Part shown: positions 10,732-21,265 of the stretch, piece after piece
Layout: each line of letters opens with the position of its first letter
How positions within the stretch are numbered: the stretch's first letter is position 1
Assembly (NCBI GenBank): GCA_964019425.1
Contig: OZ025794.1
Span: 434,001-498,000, forward strand
DNA from: Flectonema sp. DT1601
Taxonomy: Eukaryota
DNA: 64,000 nt
Reading direction: 5' to 3'
The notes under the pieces: model-generated
The model's database searches: none
What the model was told of the DNA's origin: nothing
The model's input: only the letters and a program-made list of their open reading frames with translations
Made by a program: the position numbers and the translations under genes

Positions 10732-11705
10732 ATGCCGCCATGGAATGACGGTACGAAAAAGAAGGTCAGCAGTTTAAAGGTATGTTCCTAGTCTTAAACA
10801 TCGGAACATATGTTGAATGTTAGTTAAGATAATCAAATCAGACTCATGGGATCACGAGAGACCCACGTCCTACTTCTCCTCCTCATCAACACCAATCAAA
10901 AGTGATATTAAATATTTATAACTTAATGAACCCTGAGAGGTATGTTTTGAACTTTTTGCAAAGTCACTTATTCTTTGTTTTCACAAATAATTAAAAAAAA
11001 AATAGTAATAAAAAATTCGGATACGTAGGTTTCGGTATATATCACAGCGGAGTGGAAGTCTACGGACGGGAATGGAGTTATGGAGGATCACCTGATGGAG
11101 AGGGAAGTGGAATCTTTGCGATTCCTCCTCAGAGTGCTTTACCTCCGCAGATGTTTCATTCAGCAAAAGAATTAGGAACAACTGAATTAACAGCAGAACA
11201 AGTTAGTTGGATACTTAACGGAATGGGAAGAGCATGGACGATGGAAAGCTACGATTTACTTTCAAAGAATTGTAATCACTTCTCAGAAGAATTAATTAAA
11301 AAGTTAGAGAAGGCATCGGCAACTAAATTTTCATTTCCATCATGGGTGAACCGAGCTGCTAAAGTTGGTGATGCTCTTGTTCCAAGATCATTAGTTGAGT
11401 ATGTGTTAAAGATGCAACCCCAGCCACCTAAGCAATCAGACTATTCTTTTGCTGAGCCTCCTTCGATTGATCAAACGTGTGATTCTCCTCGCAAGTGTAG
11501 ATGCCACGGAACTCAACAACAGCATCAACAACTTCTTCAAAAGGAAGAAGAAAATAAACAAAAAGCCATCCCAGAAGATCTTAACAGTTTACCAATAAGA
11601 AGACTTCGAACTATAATGTTCCTTAATGGAATAGACTGGACTGGTTGCGTTGAAAAGAAAGACATGGTCGACAGAATAAAAGAACGTGTTGCAAGAGCAA
11701 AATAA
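10732..11705 (+). CDS. PPPDE/DeSI family peptidase with C-terminal SAP-like helical domain (~281 aa); exons 10732-10779, 10842-10939, 11006-11705
   Basis: Spliced sequence KVILNIYNL...GFGIYHSGVEVYGREWSYGG...YDLLSKNCNHFS, with the catalytic His and Cys present. Introns 10780-10841 and 10940-11005 (the latter ends TAG). Confidence 0.9.
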
Positions 11706-12046
11706 AATAAAAAAAAACCTCCCAACGCACACACAAACTGTATTAAATTAATAAAATAATAAACAACAAAAAAAAAAAGAATGATACCTGAACCTAACCT
11801 ATGCTTCTTTTTCTGGATTGGGTTTACTCTCATAAAATATATCAGTGATTCTGTTTTGTTTTGTATTCAGTTTCTTTTATAAATATTTAATCATGTCTAA
11901 AGTTGCTAAATTTATTCATATATCTCTCAAACAGTTGTTCTGACAATACGAATAAGGCACTTTTTTTTTTTTTTTTTTTTTTTGATATTTATACTTGTTG
12001 TCGTTTCTTTTTAAGTTTTTTTTTTTTTTTTTTTCCAGAACTGGTT

Positions 12047-15000
12047 ATGTTTATAATAACGGCATACAACGAAGATGCTCAACAATCAATAGAATTAAAT
12101 AGAACGGGTAAAGTTATAGTTTACGATTCGAGACACTTATTCAAAGGACAATACGGAACAAATGAACTCCTTGGCATTAGTTTCGGTAATACAGTTCAGT
12201 TACCCAGAAATGATGATGATATAAAAGGTCTAGCACTACATGTTGTGGTCTCAAGAAAAAATGAAGGTGTCAGCGTAAGTTCACGAGGAACACGAATACC
12301 TTTTGTAAGAAAATGGGGATCAGACACAACAATGAAATTAACAGTTGAGATCCTACTAAAGGTAGGCGATAGAATACTTGTTGCAGATACTCCTGTTTCT
12401 TTTGTTATTGAATGTCCTGTGAGATGTATTCAATTATACGATAATAGAAATATACCATTTACTCTTTATCGGACTCATCGACGTCAAGTTCGTATTCAAG
12501 ATGATGTTGAAGGTCCATTTTCTTCTATTGTCATCGGAAAATCCTTTAAAATGACTCGTTTTAACGGGATTCTCGTATCGCTTTCAGCTTCTGGAGCCAG
12601 ACAATATTTTTGGAAATTTCGAAATTCGTACAGTTTGAGATTTCTTATAAATTTTTTAAGTGAATGCGATGCAGTTGTTTCCTGTTTAGACATGACTCCA
12701 GGAAAAGTGTTGATGGGAGGAGCTCCACCAGACTTACGTAGATTCGACATGAAGAGAGCTCAAGAAACACCAACCAGTGCGTTTGAATTGTCTTATAACG
12801 ACACGTCTTTAATTGAAGCAAATAGACAGGCAGATGAGGTTCAATTACAGAATTATAACTCGTTGCGTAGACGAACAGCACATCATTCTAAACCTATATT
12901 ACAAGAGGATTTAGAAGTATTGAAACCAACGAGAGCGAAGTTGCATCTGGTCGATACCTCCTTCAGTTCATTTGAATTAATGAACAGTAATCAATTTGAT
13001 GGGAATTCAATTTCTGAAATGAAGAAGGGACTTGAAATTAATCTGACATCGAAACCTATTATCTCAGAGAGAACACTCTTACTTAGAGATCACAAACACA
13101 CTGATCAACGTGATACTGTTGGTGACGACATCGTTAGCGGAAGTATTTCCGCAACTGATGGTGACGACCAACTTTGGTCTAATCCCGAAGATGAACAAAC
13201 CACTACAGAACTACAACAAGTTCTTGATCCAACCAGCACAGTAGAGAAAATGATGTCGACTCCAACTAAAGCGGTAGCAGGGTCACCAAAGAAATCACCA
13301 AAAACTTCTTCTACTAAAAAAACAAACAAAGAAAGGCTCGAAACTGAATCAAACGACAGCAGTGAAGAAGAACATCCTAAAGACTATTGTAAAGACATTC
13401 AATCGCTTTTGGAATATGGAAAATTTTCTACTCCGACAAAAAACACAAATAAAAAACCATCACAAAACATCCTTGAATACGATAACGTAATAAAAGACGG
13501 CTGGGAGTTCAGATACAACAAAGTGACATACGTATTCGACTCGAACAGAGACCCTACTCTGCAAGACTTCACAACAGAAACAACTCAACTCGTTCTATAC
13601 TTGGATTCAACAGCTGCTATCACAGCCATATGTATGTGTGTTGCATCATTACTTGGAGGATCATGTCCTTCTGAAATGTTACAAAAAAGTAAAAAAAAAA
13701 ATGTTCCAATAGGACATCTTTCAGAGGATGGGTGTGGTCATCCTCTTCGTGCTTTACTATTTAAGTACGTTGCTGATAAGTGTCGTATTCAATGTAAGAT
13801 TAATAGTTTGTATGAAGCAATAGTTGTGCTCAGTACGACTCATGGTGACCCACTTAAAGAATATTTTGTTGAAGTAAATAACCCACTCTCTGTTGATAAC
13901 ATCCTTCGTGAAGTACCTTCACAGTCATTCATTTCATTGAAATACGGAAAAGCATTTACTCACACAACAAACATTAATCACATAGAGTTCATTGGTCATG
14001 GAGTAGGCGCATCAGTCTTTGAAGTTACTCTAAGAGGCAGCACCTTTGCCCTCAAACTTGCGAAAGATAGCATTCAAGTTGGTCGAGAAGTTCATTTATT
14101 GCGTAGTACGACATTGCCTTCATCAGTTTTTCCTGTTTATTATGGTATTGCAAGTTTAGAAAAATATGGTGCAGCAATGCTAATGGAATTCCTACCTCAT
14201 ACGGTTGATTCAATTAGAGTATTCAGTAGTAGAGAAATCCTTCCACCAATCAGTTGTTGCTTCATTCTGTTAAAGGTAGCCGATGCTTTATCATTCTTAC
14301 ATAAACGAGGATACATTCACAGAGACGTTAAACCTCAAAATATACTCGTCGATACCGTCATTGGTCGAATAAGCAGAGTGAAATTAGCAGACTTTGGTCT
14401 ACTCGTACCTGCATATGGTGACTCGTTAATAGACGGTGAGACTTGTACTCCGGATTACTGCGCTCCAGAAACAGATAGTCTTAAAAAAGCATCAAAAAAA
14501 AGTGACATATACTCTCTTTGTGTTACGGTATTTGAATGTATGACTGGTAGGCTTCCAACGTATTGCCATGAACGAAAAAAAGTATCGGTACCAGACTGTG
14601 AAGTTGATAGTGAAGGAAAGAAGAGGATTCACAGCATTCTTCTAAAGTCTTTGGCATATGAAGTTCGACGGAGAAGCTCTGGTGAAAAACTCTGGTCTGA
14701 GGCGGCGAAGATTTACAGAGACATCGAAACTAATCATCATGACACTGATGGTTGTCTTAGAAACGCACTTGGACACGAAATCGAATCGTCGTCCGATTCC
14801 ACTTCAACTGATGATACGAAATCCCAGACTAAAAAAATGAGAAAAAAACCTGTTTCGAACAAAACAAAAACAGTTCAAAAACCGAGTCGCAAACCCACCA
14901 CTAAAATATCCAAAACACTTAGTGCGGCTTCAGATTCAGTGACCTCATCGTCTTCATCATCTGACAGTAGCAGTAGTAGTGGTAGTGGTAGTAGTAGTCG

Positions 15001-18000
15001 GGTATCATCATTCTCTGTTCATAAAAATATATCAAAACCCTCTTTCAAAAAGTCTGCACGGAAACCTTCCGCTGATTCGACTGTCAGTTCCGAGACCGAA
15101 TCTTCTGTTTCAGATAGCAGCTCCTCGAGTGGGTCCTCTGACAGCACTGACGGAGGTCAACAGAACAATATAAATAAAAGTACGAAGAAACCACCAGCAC
15201 TGAGTGCTACAAAGGTAGACATATCCTCTGATGAAGGAAGCAGCAGTTCTAAAGAGGAGCAGAAGACCAAGAAGGTATCAAAGATCGGTAAGAAGCCCTC
15301 ATCTAAAATTAGTAAACAACTAAAAAGTGAGACCTCAAATTCGGAGAACAGCTCTAACGATGATGAAGAAACAAAAAAAAAAGCTTTATGGAAGACCGTC
15401 GAGGGATCCTCGTTGGCCCCTTCAAAAATTTCGAAGAAGTCGTCAGATAAATACGAAAGTAGTTCTGAAGATGATAAAATATCAACTCTAGCGACCAGTA
15501 AGAACGTCTTAACTGAGCAGATCAGTAACAAAAACATCTGTCCAGACTCCAACACCTCAGAAGACAATAAGAAATCTTTCACAAAAGGAACAATAAAACC
15601 TCCGTCGAAGACCTCCAACAGGAAGTCACGAAGTAGATCCAACAGCGAGGTATCAGTGAAGTCTAACAAGAAAGACGCAGGTAATCTCTCACCAGAGAAA
15701 GATGAGAGCAGTAGTTCTGAAGACGAGAAGAATAAGAAAGTAAATATTAGTAAGAAACTCTCATCTAAACTGAGTATCGGAGGAGTAGACACCAACACTG
15801 ACAGAAGTAATTCTGAAGACGATAAGAAATCCAATAAGGTCGCTGGAAAACCCTCCTTGAAGACATCCAGAAGCAGAACATCAGAAAGTGAAAATAAAGA
15901 CACAGAAGTAGGTAGACAGCTGCCTGAGACTACCAGTTCTGAAGAGGAGAATGGACCTGCTAATGAACTCTCTTTAGCTGTAAGGGAACCCTCATCAAAA
16001 GAAGGCGGGAGCGGCAGTTCAAAAGACGAGAAGAATATGACTAAGAAACTCTCATCTAAACAAAGTATCGGGAGAGTAGACACCAACTCTGATAAGGGAA
16101 GCAGTTCTGAAGACAATGGGGACTCTAAATCCTCAGGTGCTAGGAATTCAACGGGCGTAAAGAAAGCTACGAAGGCACCTTCGAAGTCCTCATCAAAGCA
16201 GAGCAGTAACCAATCGAATACAAGTTCTGATGACAGCAGTGGCGAGAAGAGATTAACGAAGAAGGTCGTTGCTAAAATTAGCAAACGGAGATCCGCTGAC
16301 GAGACTTCAGATTCAGAGAGTGAAGTGAAGTCGGCCAAGAAGACTTCCAGAAAGCGTTCTTTAAAACCAACTAGAAAACAATCCAGAAAACCTTCTTCAT
16401 CCGATGACGAGAGCAGTAGTTCTGAAGAGGAAGAGAAGGTAACAAGGAAAGTATCAAAGACTAGTAGAAAGCCCTCATCTAAACAGAGCAGTAAGAAGAG
16501 AAGTATCAGTTCTGATGAAGAGAGTAGTTCTGTAGATGTGAAGAAGTCATCGAAGAGCTCAAGGAAACCTTCTGTCAAAAAGGCTTCTAGAAAGAGTTCT
16601 TCAGAGTCATCCGAAACGTCTTCTTCATCATCAGATGAGAGTAACAGTTCTGAAGAGGAAGAGGAAGTAACAAAGAAAGTATCAAAGACAAGTAGGAAAC
16701 CCTCATCTAAAATGAGCAGTAAGAAAGGAAACATCAGCTCTGATGAAGAAAGGAAATCCACGACAAAGGGAACACAGAAACTATCCTCAAGGACTACCAG
16801 TAAACGATTGTTTGAGCAAGACAGCAGTAGTAGTTCTGAAGAGGAAGAGAAGGTAACAAGGAAAGTATCAAAGGCTAGTAGAAAGCCCTCATCTAAACAG
16901 AGCAGTAAGAAGAGAAGTATCAGTTCTGATGAAGAGAGTAGTTCTGTAGATGTGAAGAAGTCATCGAAGACAGGTACGAAACTGAAGAATGACAAACTCG
17001 TAATCAGTTCTAGTTCACAAGATGAGAAAAAGAATTCAAAAAGAAGTACCAGAAAACCATCAAAGAAATCTGCAGCTATCAGGAATTCTAATCAACTTAT
17101 AAAAGACAAGCTCAATTCTGAGAGAAATAAAAATATTATACCGGTTACAGTTTCTGATAGGAAATTCTATAGGAAGTCTGCGAGAAAGGCTGCAAGTAAA
17201 TCTTCTTCGGAAGAAAGTGAAAGCAGTTCTGAGAGCAATAAGATATCTAAAAAGATTGCTAATAAACCTTCCTTGACGATAACCAAGTCAGAAAGTAAAC
17301 AAAAACACTCTTCAGAGAAGAGCGGGAGCAGCAGCAGTTCTGAAGATGAGAAGAAAACGACAAAGAAAGTATCGAAGATCAGTAAGAAACCTTCCTCTAA
17401 AGTAAGTACCAAAGTAGTTACCAGTTCTAAGGAGGAGAATGCAGACGCTAATACGAAGTTGACTACCAAAGGAGAACCTTTGTCAGAAACATTAAATAAA
17501 TCTTTATCTGATCTGACAACTAATTCTGTTGAAGTTAATGAAGAGAATCAGAACAAGACTACGACATCATCAAATGATAAGTTTGAGATATCAAAGAGAC
17601 GAATTGAAGATCAATTAAACTCCTCGACATCACTTCGTAAGAAGTTCGTAAGGAAGTCCTCAATCGAAAGTTCTGTAAAGCGAATGAAAGAAGACGATGC
17701 TGTCATGTCTGAAGAGATAATAAAACTGAATAACGAAACACAACCTGACGTGGTCTCTATCGCAGTAGTAACGGAGAGTCTAACCACACAGTCGGAAGGA
17801 GGAGGAACCCAATCGCTAACACTTGTTCCGGACAGCGATAAGTTAAGTACAGTTAAGGATCAAAGTGCTTCTGAACAACTGATTACTGTAAAGACTGTCG
17901 AGTCGCTCAATGAGGATAAGGAAACTATTTCTAAAGCTGACCCTGTCGGTATTATTAAATCTGATAAGAGAGACTCCAATATTATCAAATCATTAAAAGA

Positions 18001-20968
18001 TACGAAAGACTGTTCTGATACTGTTGATGTAGAAGTGAAGAAGATGACAACTGTTGAAGATTTCAACCCAAAGAATCTGACTGAGAAAGGAATTCCAGAC
18101 CATGAAGATGTCAATACAAAAAGTAAACTCCTGATATCAGTTAACACGAACTACCAAACTAGAGAGGAAATCAAATCATTAGCGAAGTCATCTTCTGAAA
18201 TCAGTCGATCAGATGATGTTAAACAAAATCAGATGAGTGAATCCGAGACGATTGCAAAACTTCCATTAACAAGTTCTAGTTCAGTTCAGAATGATATCAA
18301 AGTCACCACCACCAAAGAGAGTAGAAAGAAAGAGGTAACTCCTCTTGTAGAAGTCTACCCAGCTATTCAAAAGAAGATGACTGCAGCAGGTAGTCATCAA
18401 GGCAATAAGACATCGCAGGTCAGCACATCAACCGACAAAAATAGAAATCAAAGTCCCAAAACATTGCCAGCCAAAACATTGCCAACCGAAACATTGCCAA
18501 CCGAAACATTGCCAGCCAAAGCATTGCCAACCGAAGCATTGTCAGGCAAAACATTGCCAACCGAAACATTGCCAACCGAAACATTGCCAGCCAAAACATT
18601 GCCAACCGAAACATTGCCAGCCAAAGCATTGCCAACTGAAGCATTGCCAGCCAAAACATTGCCAGCTAAAGCATTGCCAACTGAAGCATTGCCAACCGAA
18701 ACATTGCCAGCCAAAGCATTGCCAACCGAAACATTGCCAGCCAAAACATTGCCAACTGAAGCATTGTCAGGCAAAACATTGCCAACCGAAACATTGCCAG
18801 CTAAAGCATTGCCAACTGAAGCATTGCCAACCGAAACATTGCCAGCCAAAGCATTACCAACTGAAGCATTGCCAGCCAAAACATTGCCAACCGAAACATT
18901 GCCAGCCAAAGCATTGCCAACCGAAACATTGCCAGCCAAAACATTGCCAACCGAAACATTGCCAGCTAAAGCATTGCCAACTGAAGCATTGCCAACCGAA
19001 ACATTGCCAGCCAAAGCATTGCCAACTGAAGCATTGCCAGCCAAAACATTGCCAACCGAAACATTGCCAGCCAAAACATTGCCAACCGAAACATTGCCAG
19101 CCAAAACATTGCCAACCGAAACATTGCCAGCCAAAACATTGCCAACCGAAACATTGCCAGCTAAAGCATTGCCAACTGAAGCATTGCCAACCGAAACATT
19201 GCCAGCCAAAGCATTGCCAACTGAAGCATTGCCAGCCAAAACATTGCCAACCGAAACATTGCCAGCCAAAACATTGCCAACCGAAACATTGCCAGCCAAA
19301 GCATTGCCAACCGAAACATTGCCAGCCAAAACATTGCCAACCGAAACATTGCCAGCCAAAACATTGCCAACTGAAGCATTGTCAGGCAAAACATTGCCAA
19401 CCGAAACATTGCCAGCTAAAGCATTGCCAACTGAAGCATTGCCAACCGAAACATTGCCAGCCAAAGCATTACCAACTGAAGCATTGCCAGCCAAAACATT
19501 GCCAACCGAAACATTGCCAGCCAAAACATTGCCAACCGAAACATTGCCAGCCAAAGCATTGCCAACCGAAACATTGCCAGCCAAAACATTGCCAACTGAA
19601 GCATTGCCAGCCAAAACATTGCCAACCGAAACATTGCCAGCCAAAACATTGCCAACTGAAGCATTGTCAGGCAAAACATTGCCAACCGAAACATTGCCAG
19701 CTAAAGCATTGCCAACTGAAGCATTGCCAACCGAAACATTGCCAGCCAAAGCATTACCAACTGAAGCATTGCCAGCCAAAACATTGCCAACCGAAACATT
19801 GCCAGCCAAAACATTGCCAACCGAAACATTGCCAGCTAAAGCATTGCCAACTGAAGCATTGCCAACCGAAACATTGCCAGCCAAAACATTGCCAACCGAA
19901 ACATTGCCAGCCAAAACATTGCCAACTGAAGCATTGTCAGGCAAAACATTGCCAACCGAAACATTGCCAGCTAAAGCATTGCCAACTGAAGCATTGCCAA
20001 CCGAAACATTGCCAGCCAAAGCATTACCAACTGAAGCATTGCCAGCCAAAACATTGCCAACCGAAACATTGCCAGCCAAAACATTGCCAACCGAAACATT
20101 GCCAGCTAAAGCATTGCCAACTGAAGCATTGCCAACCGAAACATTGCCAGCCAAAGCATTGCCAACTGAAGCATTGTCAGGCAAAACATTGCCAACCGAA
20201 ACATTGCCAGCCAAAGCATTGCCAACTGAAGCATTGCCAGCCAAAACATTGCCAACCGAAACATTGCCAGCCAAAGCATTGCCAACTGAAGCATTGCCAG
20301 CCAAAACATTGCCAACCGAAACATTGCCAGCCAAAACATTGCCAATCGAAACATTGCCAACCGAAACATTGCCAGCCAAAGCATTGCCAACCGAAACATT
20401 GCCAGCCAAAGCAATGCCAGCCACTACTTCGAAAGACACCGATCCAGTGGTTGGGTTCCTACCGCTGAAGGTTTTGCCCAAAATAAGTAAAAGTAAATGG
20501 ATACCACCAGTTAAGTCATCTAAGAAACCAATAACTGTTCCCGTTAAAGGTCAAGTCATTCCTGTCTCTTCAACTAAAGGAAAGGTCCCTCAGGGGGAGA
20601 ACATTATTAAAAATAAATCACTCGCTGGCATCTCTGATTCGAATCAAATAAAGAGAAGGAATCCCGGCAGTCAAACACCAGTAATGGAGAAGAAGAGGTG
20701 TACGCAGTCTGGTGAGAAATCTAACAGTGCGAGAGAGGACTTGAAGATGAAGAGTTGGCAATCATCGAAACCCACACAGTCTGTAGACAAATCGAAATCC
20801 ATGTCAGAAATTTCCAAAGCCGTGGCTCCAAAGAGTTCTAAACATGATAGTCACAGCAGTAGGGAAAAGGATACCTCTGAGACTGGTTTTGTGAAACCAG
20901 CTTTAAAAAAAACATCGATCGGAACAAAACCCCCTTCCACAGTAGTAAAACGACCAAAACTACCTTGA
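12047..20968 (+). CDS. Giant Ser/Thr protein kinase (~2973 aa): EDR1/CTR1-like domain, kinase, Ser/Lys-rich region, pentapeptide repeat
   Basis: Kinase motifs IGHGVGASV, ALK, HRDVKPQN, DFG, TPDYCAPE. Upstream VPIGHL...LRALLFKYVADKCRIQC resembles the EDR1 motif RHRALLFK.LAD. Start placed at ATG 12047, after a T-tract acceptor at 12038. Confidence 0.88.
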   Translation: MFIITAYNEDAQQSIELNRTGKVIVYDSRHLFKGQYGTNELLGISFGNTVQLPRNDDDIKGLALHVVVSRKNEGVSVSSRGTRIPFVRKWGSDTTMKLTVEILLKVGDRILVADTPVSFVIECPVRCIQLYDNRNIPFTLYRTHRRQVRIQDDVEGPFSSIVIGKSFKMTRFNGILVSLSASGARQYFWKFRNSYSLRFLINFLSECDAVVSCLDMTPGKVLMGGAPPDLRRFDMKRAQETPTSAFELSYNDTSLIEANRQADEVQLQNYNSLRRRTAHHSKPILQEDLEVLKPTRAKLHLVDTSFSSFELMNSNQFDGNSISEMKKGLEINLTSKPIISERTLLLRDHKHTDQRDTVGDDIVSGSISATDGDDQLWSNPEDEQTTTELQQVLDPTSTVEKMMSTPTKAVAGSPKKSPKTSSTKKTNKERLETESNDSSEEEHPKDYCKDIQSLLEYGKFSTPTKNTNKKPSQNILEYDNVIKDGWEFRYNKVTYVFDSNRDPTLQDFTTETTQLVLYLDSTAAITAICMCVASLLGGSCPSEMLQKSKKKNVPIGHLSEDGCGHPLRALLFKYVADKCRIQCKINSLYEAIVVLSTTHGDPLKEYFVEVNNPLSVDNILREVPSQSFISLKYGKAFTHTTNINHIEFIGHGVGASVFEVTLRGSTFALKLAKDSIQVGREVHLLRSTTLPSSVFPVYYGIASLEKYGAAMLMEFLPHTVDSIRVFSSREILPPISCCFILLKVADALSFLHKRGYIHRDVKPQNILVDTVIGRISRVKLADFGLLVPAYGDSLIDGETCTPDYCAPETDSLKKASKKSDIYSLCVTVFECMTGRLPTYCHERKKVSVPDCEVDSEGKKRIHSILLKSLAYEVRRRSSGEKLWSEAAKIYRDIETNHHDTDGCLRNALGHEIESSSDSTSTDDTKSQTKKMRKKPVSNKTKTVQKPSRKPTTKISKTLSAASDSVTSSSSSSDSSSSSGSGSSSRVSSFSVHKNISKPSFKKSARKPSADSTVSSETESSVSDSSSSSGSSDSTDGGQQNNINKSTKKPPALSATKVDISSDEGSSSSKEEQKTKKVSKIGKKPSSKISKQLKSETSNSENSSNDDEETKKKALWKTVEGSSLAPSKISKKSSDKYESSSEDDKISTLATSKNVLTEQISNKNICPDSNTSEDNKKSFTKGTIKPPSKTSNRKSRSRSNSEVSVKSNKKDAGNLSPEKDESSSSEDEKNKKVNISKKLSSKLSIGGVDTNTDRSNSEDDKKSNKVAGKPSLKTSRSRTSESENKDTEVGRQLPETTSSEEENGPANELSLAVREPSSKEGGSGSSKDEKNMTKKLSSKQSIGRVDTNSDKGSSSEDNGDSKSSGARNSTGVKKATKAPSKSSSKQSSNQSNTSSDDSSGEKRLTKKVVAKISKRRSADETSDSESEVKSAKKTSRKRSLKPTRKQSRKPSSSDDESSSSEEEEKVTRKVSKTSRKPSSKQSSKKRSISSDEESSSVDVKKSSKSSRKPSVKKASRKSSSESSETSSSSSDESNSSEEEEEVTKKVSKTSRKPSSKMSSKKGNISSDEERKSTTKGTQKLSSRTTSKRLFEQDSSSSSEEEEKVTRKVSKASRKPSSKQSSKKRSISSDEESSSVDVKKSSKTGTKLKNDKLVISSSSQDEKKNSKRSTRKPSKKSAAIRNSNQLIKDKLNSERNKNIIPVTVSDRKFYRKSARKAASKSSSEESESSSESNKISKKIANKPSLTITKSESKQKHSSEKSGSSSSSEDEKKTTKKVSKISKKPSSKVSTKVVTSSKEENADANTKLTTKGEPLSETLNKSLSDLTTNSVEVNEENQNKTTTSSNDKFEISKRRIEDQLNSSTSLRKKFVRKSSIESSVKRMKEDDAVMSEEIIKLNNETQPDVVSIAVVTESLTTQSEGGGTQSLTLVPDSDKLSTVKDQSASEQLITVKTVESLNEDKETISKADPVGIIKSDKRDSNIIKSLKDTKDCSDTVDVEVKKMTTVEDFNPKNLTEKGIPDHEDVNTKSKLLISVNTNYQTREEIKSLAKSSSEISRSDDVKQNQMSESETIAKLPLTSSSSVQNDIKVTTTKESRKKEVTPLVEVYPAIQKKMTAAGSHQGNKTSQVSTSTDKNRNQSPKTLPAKTLPTETLPTETLPAKALPTEALSGKTLPTETLPTETLPAKTLPTETLPAKALPTEALPAKTLPAKALPTEALPTETLPAKALPTETLPAKTLPTEALSGKTLPTETLPAKALPTEALPTETLPAKALPTEALPAKTLPTETLPAKALPTETLPAKTLPTETLPAKALPTEALPTETLPAKALPTEALPAKTLPTETLPAKTLPTETLPAKTLPTETLPAKTLPTETLPAKALPTEALPTETLPAKALPTEALPAKTLPTETLPAKTLPTETLPAKALPTETLPAKTLPTETLPAKTLPTEALSGKTLPTETLPAKALPTEALPTETLPAKALPTEALPAKTLPTETLPAKTLPTETLPAKALPTETLPAKTLPTEALPAKTLPTETLPAKTLPTEALSGKTLPTETLPAKALPTEALPTETLPAKALPTEALPAKTLPTETLPAKTLPTETLPAKALPTEALPTETLPAKTLPTETLPAKTLPTEALSGKTLPTETLPAKALPTEALPTETLPAKALPTEALPAKTLPTETLPAKTLPTETLPAKALPTEALPTETLPAKALPTEALSGKTLPTETLPAKALPTEALPAKTLPTETLPAKALPTEALPAKTLPTETLPAKTLPIETLPTETLPAKALPTETLPAKAMPATTSKDTDPVVGFLPLKVLPKISKSKWIPPVKSSKKPITVPVKGQVIPVSSTKGKVPQGENIIKNKSLAGISDSNQIKRRNPGSQTPVMEKKRCTQSGEKSNSAREDLKMKSWQSSKPTQSVDKSKSMSEISKAVAPKSSKHDSHSSREKDTSETGFVKPALKKTSIGTKPPSTVVKRPKLP
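16418..16970 (+). repeat. Near-identical ~139-nt internal duplication (16418-16556 and 16832-16970) inside the kinase Ser/Lys region, with more diverged copies nearby
   Basis: SSEEEEKVTRKVSK(T/A)SRKPSSKQSSKKRSISSDEESSSVDVKKSSK occurs twice with near-identical DNA, offset by 414 nt. Confidence 0.9.
18461..20410 (+). repeat. Coding minisatellite, 130 x 15 nt, encoding (T/A)LP(TE/AK) with occasional ALSGK
   Basis: Units are RCATTGCCAACYGAA or RCATTGCCAGCYAAA; 1950 nt / 15 = 130 units with no indel. Confidence 0.98.
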
Positions 20969-21265
20969 AAAATCAACCTAACTAATGACAAGCAATGCTT
21001 AAATTGCCATCTCGCATCTTTTTTTTTTCTCTTAATTTTTCTTTAAAAAAGAGTTTTTTTTAAATCTCTTGTGTTCGAGTCAGCCTGTCTAGTTTCCTAT
21101 GTAAGTTATCTTTGCTTGGAGTTCTTCAGTCGAAATTTTAGAAATGTATTAGGCAGTAGCTTATTATTATTGAAATGTCAGGTATATTTATGTATAAAAT
21201 ATGTTGTGAGATGATGTGGTGAGTGGTATTTTTAATTTAAAACTTTATTTTTTGTCAGGTGAGCC

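Noticed and set aside
11903..12046. Poly-Phe N-terminal extensions in the ORF track (also 41607-41963)
   Set aside because: Translated intergenic T tracts with non-ATG starts.
15157..16995. 612-aa minus-strand Leu/Phe/Ser ORF
   Set aside because: Shadow of the Ser/Lys/Glu low-complexity region on +.
18461..20410. CRISPR-like array
   Set aside because: Contiguous units with no unique spacers, in frame within a CDS; no cas genes.
18448..20481. 677-aa minus-strand ORF and the MFRLA-type ORFs
   Set aside because: Antisense shadows of the stop-free 15-nt repeat in the kinase.
21073..21090. GTTCGAGTC T-loop-like motif (tRNA?)
   Set aside because: No T stem, acceptor stem or cloverleaf around it.
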